DNA of 64,000 nucleotides from Gemmatales bacterium (lineage in GTDB: Bacteria > Planctomycetota > Planctomycetia > Gemmatales > Gemmataceae): assembly GCA_038229635.1 (NCBI GenBank), contig JBBROG010000006.1, forward strand, positions 470 to 64,469, read 5' to 3'. The translations under genes and the position numbers were made by a program. Each line of letters begins with the position of its first letter. The first letter of the stretch is position 1. The notes under the pieces are model-generated. The model did no database searches and was not told the origin of the DNA. It saw only the letters and a program-made list of their open reading frames with translations. Shown piece after piece: positions 63,849 through 64,000 of the stretch.

Positions 63849-64000
63849 ATGGCCAAGATGGCGCTCTTCGTTCTCCTGGCCGCGACAATCGCCGTCCATG
63901 CCGACGGACCAAAGCCCCCCGCGGCGGAGCCGGTGGGGCGAATCGAGCCCGTGGCGACGTTCGACGGCCCGATGCCGACCGGCGTGACCGTGTCTCACAA
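63849..64000 (+). CDS. Secreted protein, N-terminal fragment (continues beyond window)
   Basis: ATG 63849 gives the signal peptide MAKMALFVLLAATIAVHA. The frame is open to the window end. Confidence 0.4.
   Translation, partial: MAKMALFVLLAATIAVHADGPKPPAAEPVGRIEPVATFDGPMPTGVTVSH

Noticed and set aside
1-64000. Searched by eye for rRNA, tRNA, transposase, integrase or phage structural genes, and for att-like direct repeats bounding the accessory loci.
   Set aside because: None was recognised. The intergenic regions are short and mostly occupied by the palindromic elements described above. A proper tRNAscan/Infernal run is needed to exclude small RNAs.

Overview
This is about 64 kb of very GC-rich chromosomal DNA. 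The gene content looks planctomycete (Gemmataceae-like). That placement is an inference from the mix of giant haem-c/beta-propeller proteins, DUF1080 proteins, a WD40 Ser/Thr kinase, and DUF4058/Uma2 nuclease-fold orphans. I support about 60 protein-coding genes. I saw no rRNA, tRNA, CRISPR array, transposase or integrase. Housekeeping genes include hemA, prs, ispD, a thiolase, an IMPase-family gene, mug, two POT transporters, an APC permease and a CNNM/CBS protein. Accessory content is interleaved with these. (1) The strongest candidate system is a tightly coupled four-gene operon at 8.7-14.2 kb: an adaptor with a degenerate P-loop, a MoxR AAA+ ATPase, a vWA protein, and a large signal-less protein ending in an intact subtilisin-type peptidase. 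A Mug-type glycosylase follows 6 nt downstream. This matches the vWA-MoxR class of NTP-dependent conflict systems, which to my knowledge is predicted only computationally. (2) A rhodanese gene at 63.4 kb carries an in-frame TGA in its active-site loop, with a SECIS-like hairpin just downstream, so it may be a selenoprotein. (3) A Ser/Thr kinase-WD40 gene has lost its catalytic core to a frame-breaking internal deletion. (4) A strongly SD-preceded 112-aa ORF has a leader-like N-terminus and a 6-Cys C-terminus, resembling a RiPP precursor. (5) A small toxin/immunity-like gene pair sits at 51.8-52.6 kb. (6) At least three families of palindromic REP/MITE-like repeats are present. (7) An ABC-transporter operon is split by an oppositely oriented PD-(D/E)xK gene. 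(8) There is a btaA-btaB betaine-lipid operon and a DUF433/DUF5615 toxin-antitoxin pair. All family assignments come from motif recognition by eye; no database search was possible. Many long ORFs in the track are GC-driven shadow ORFs and were discarded.
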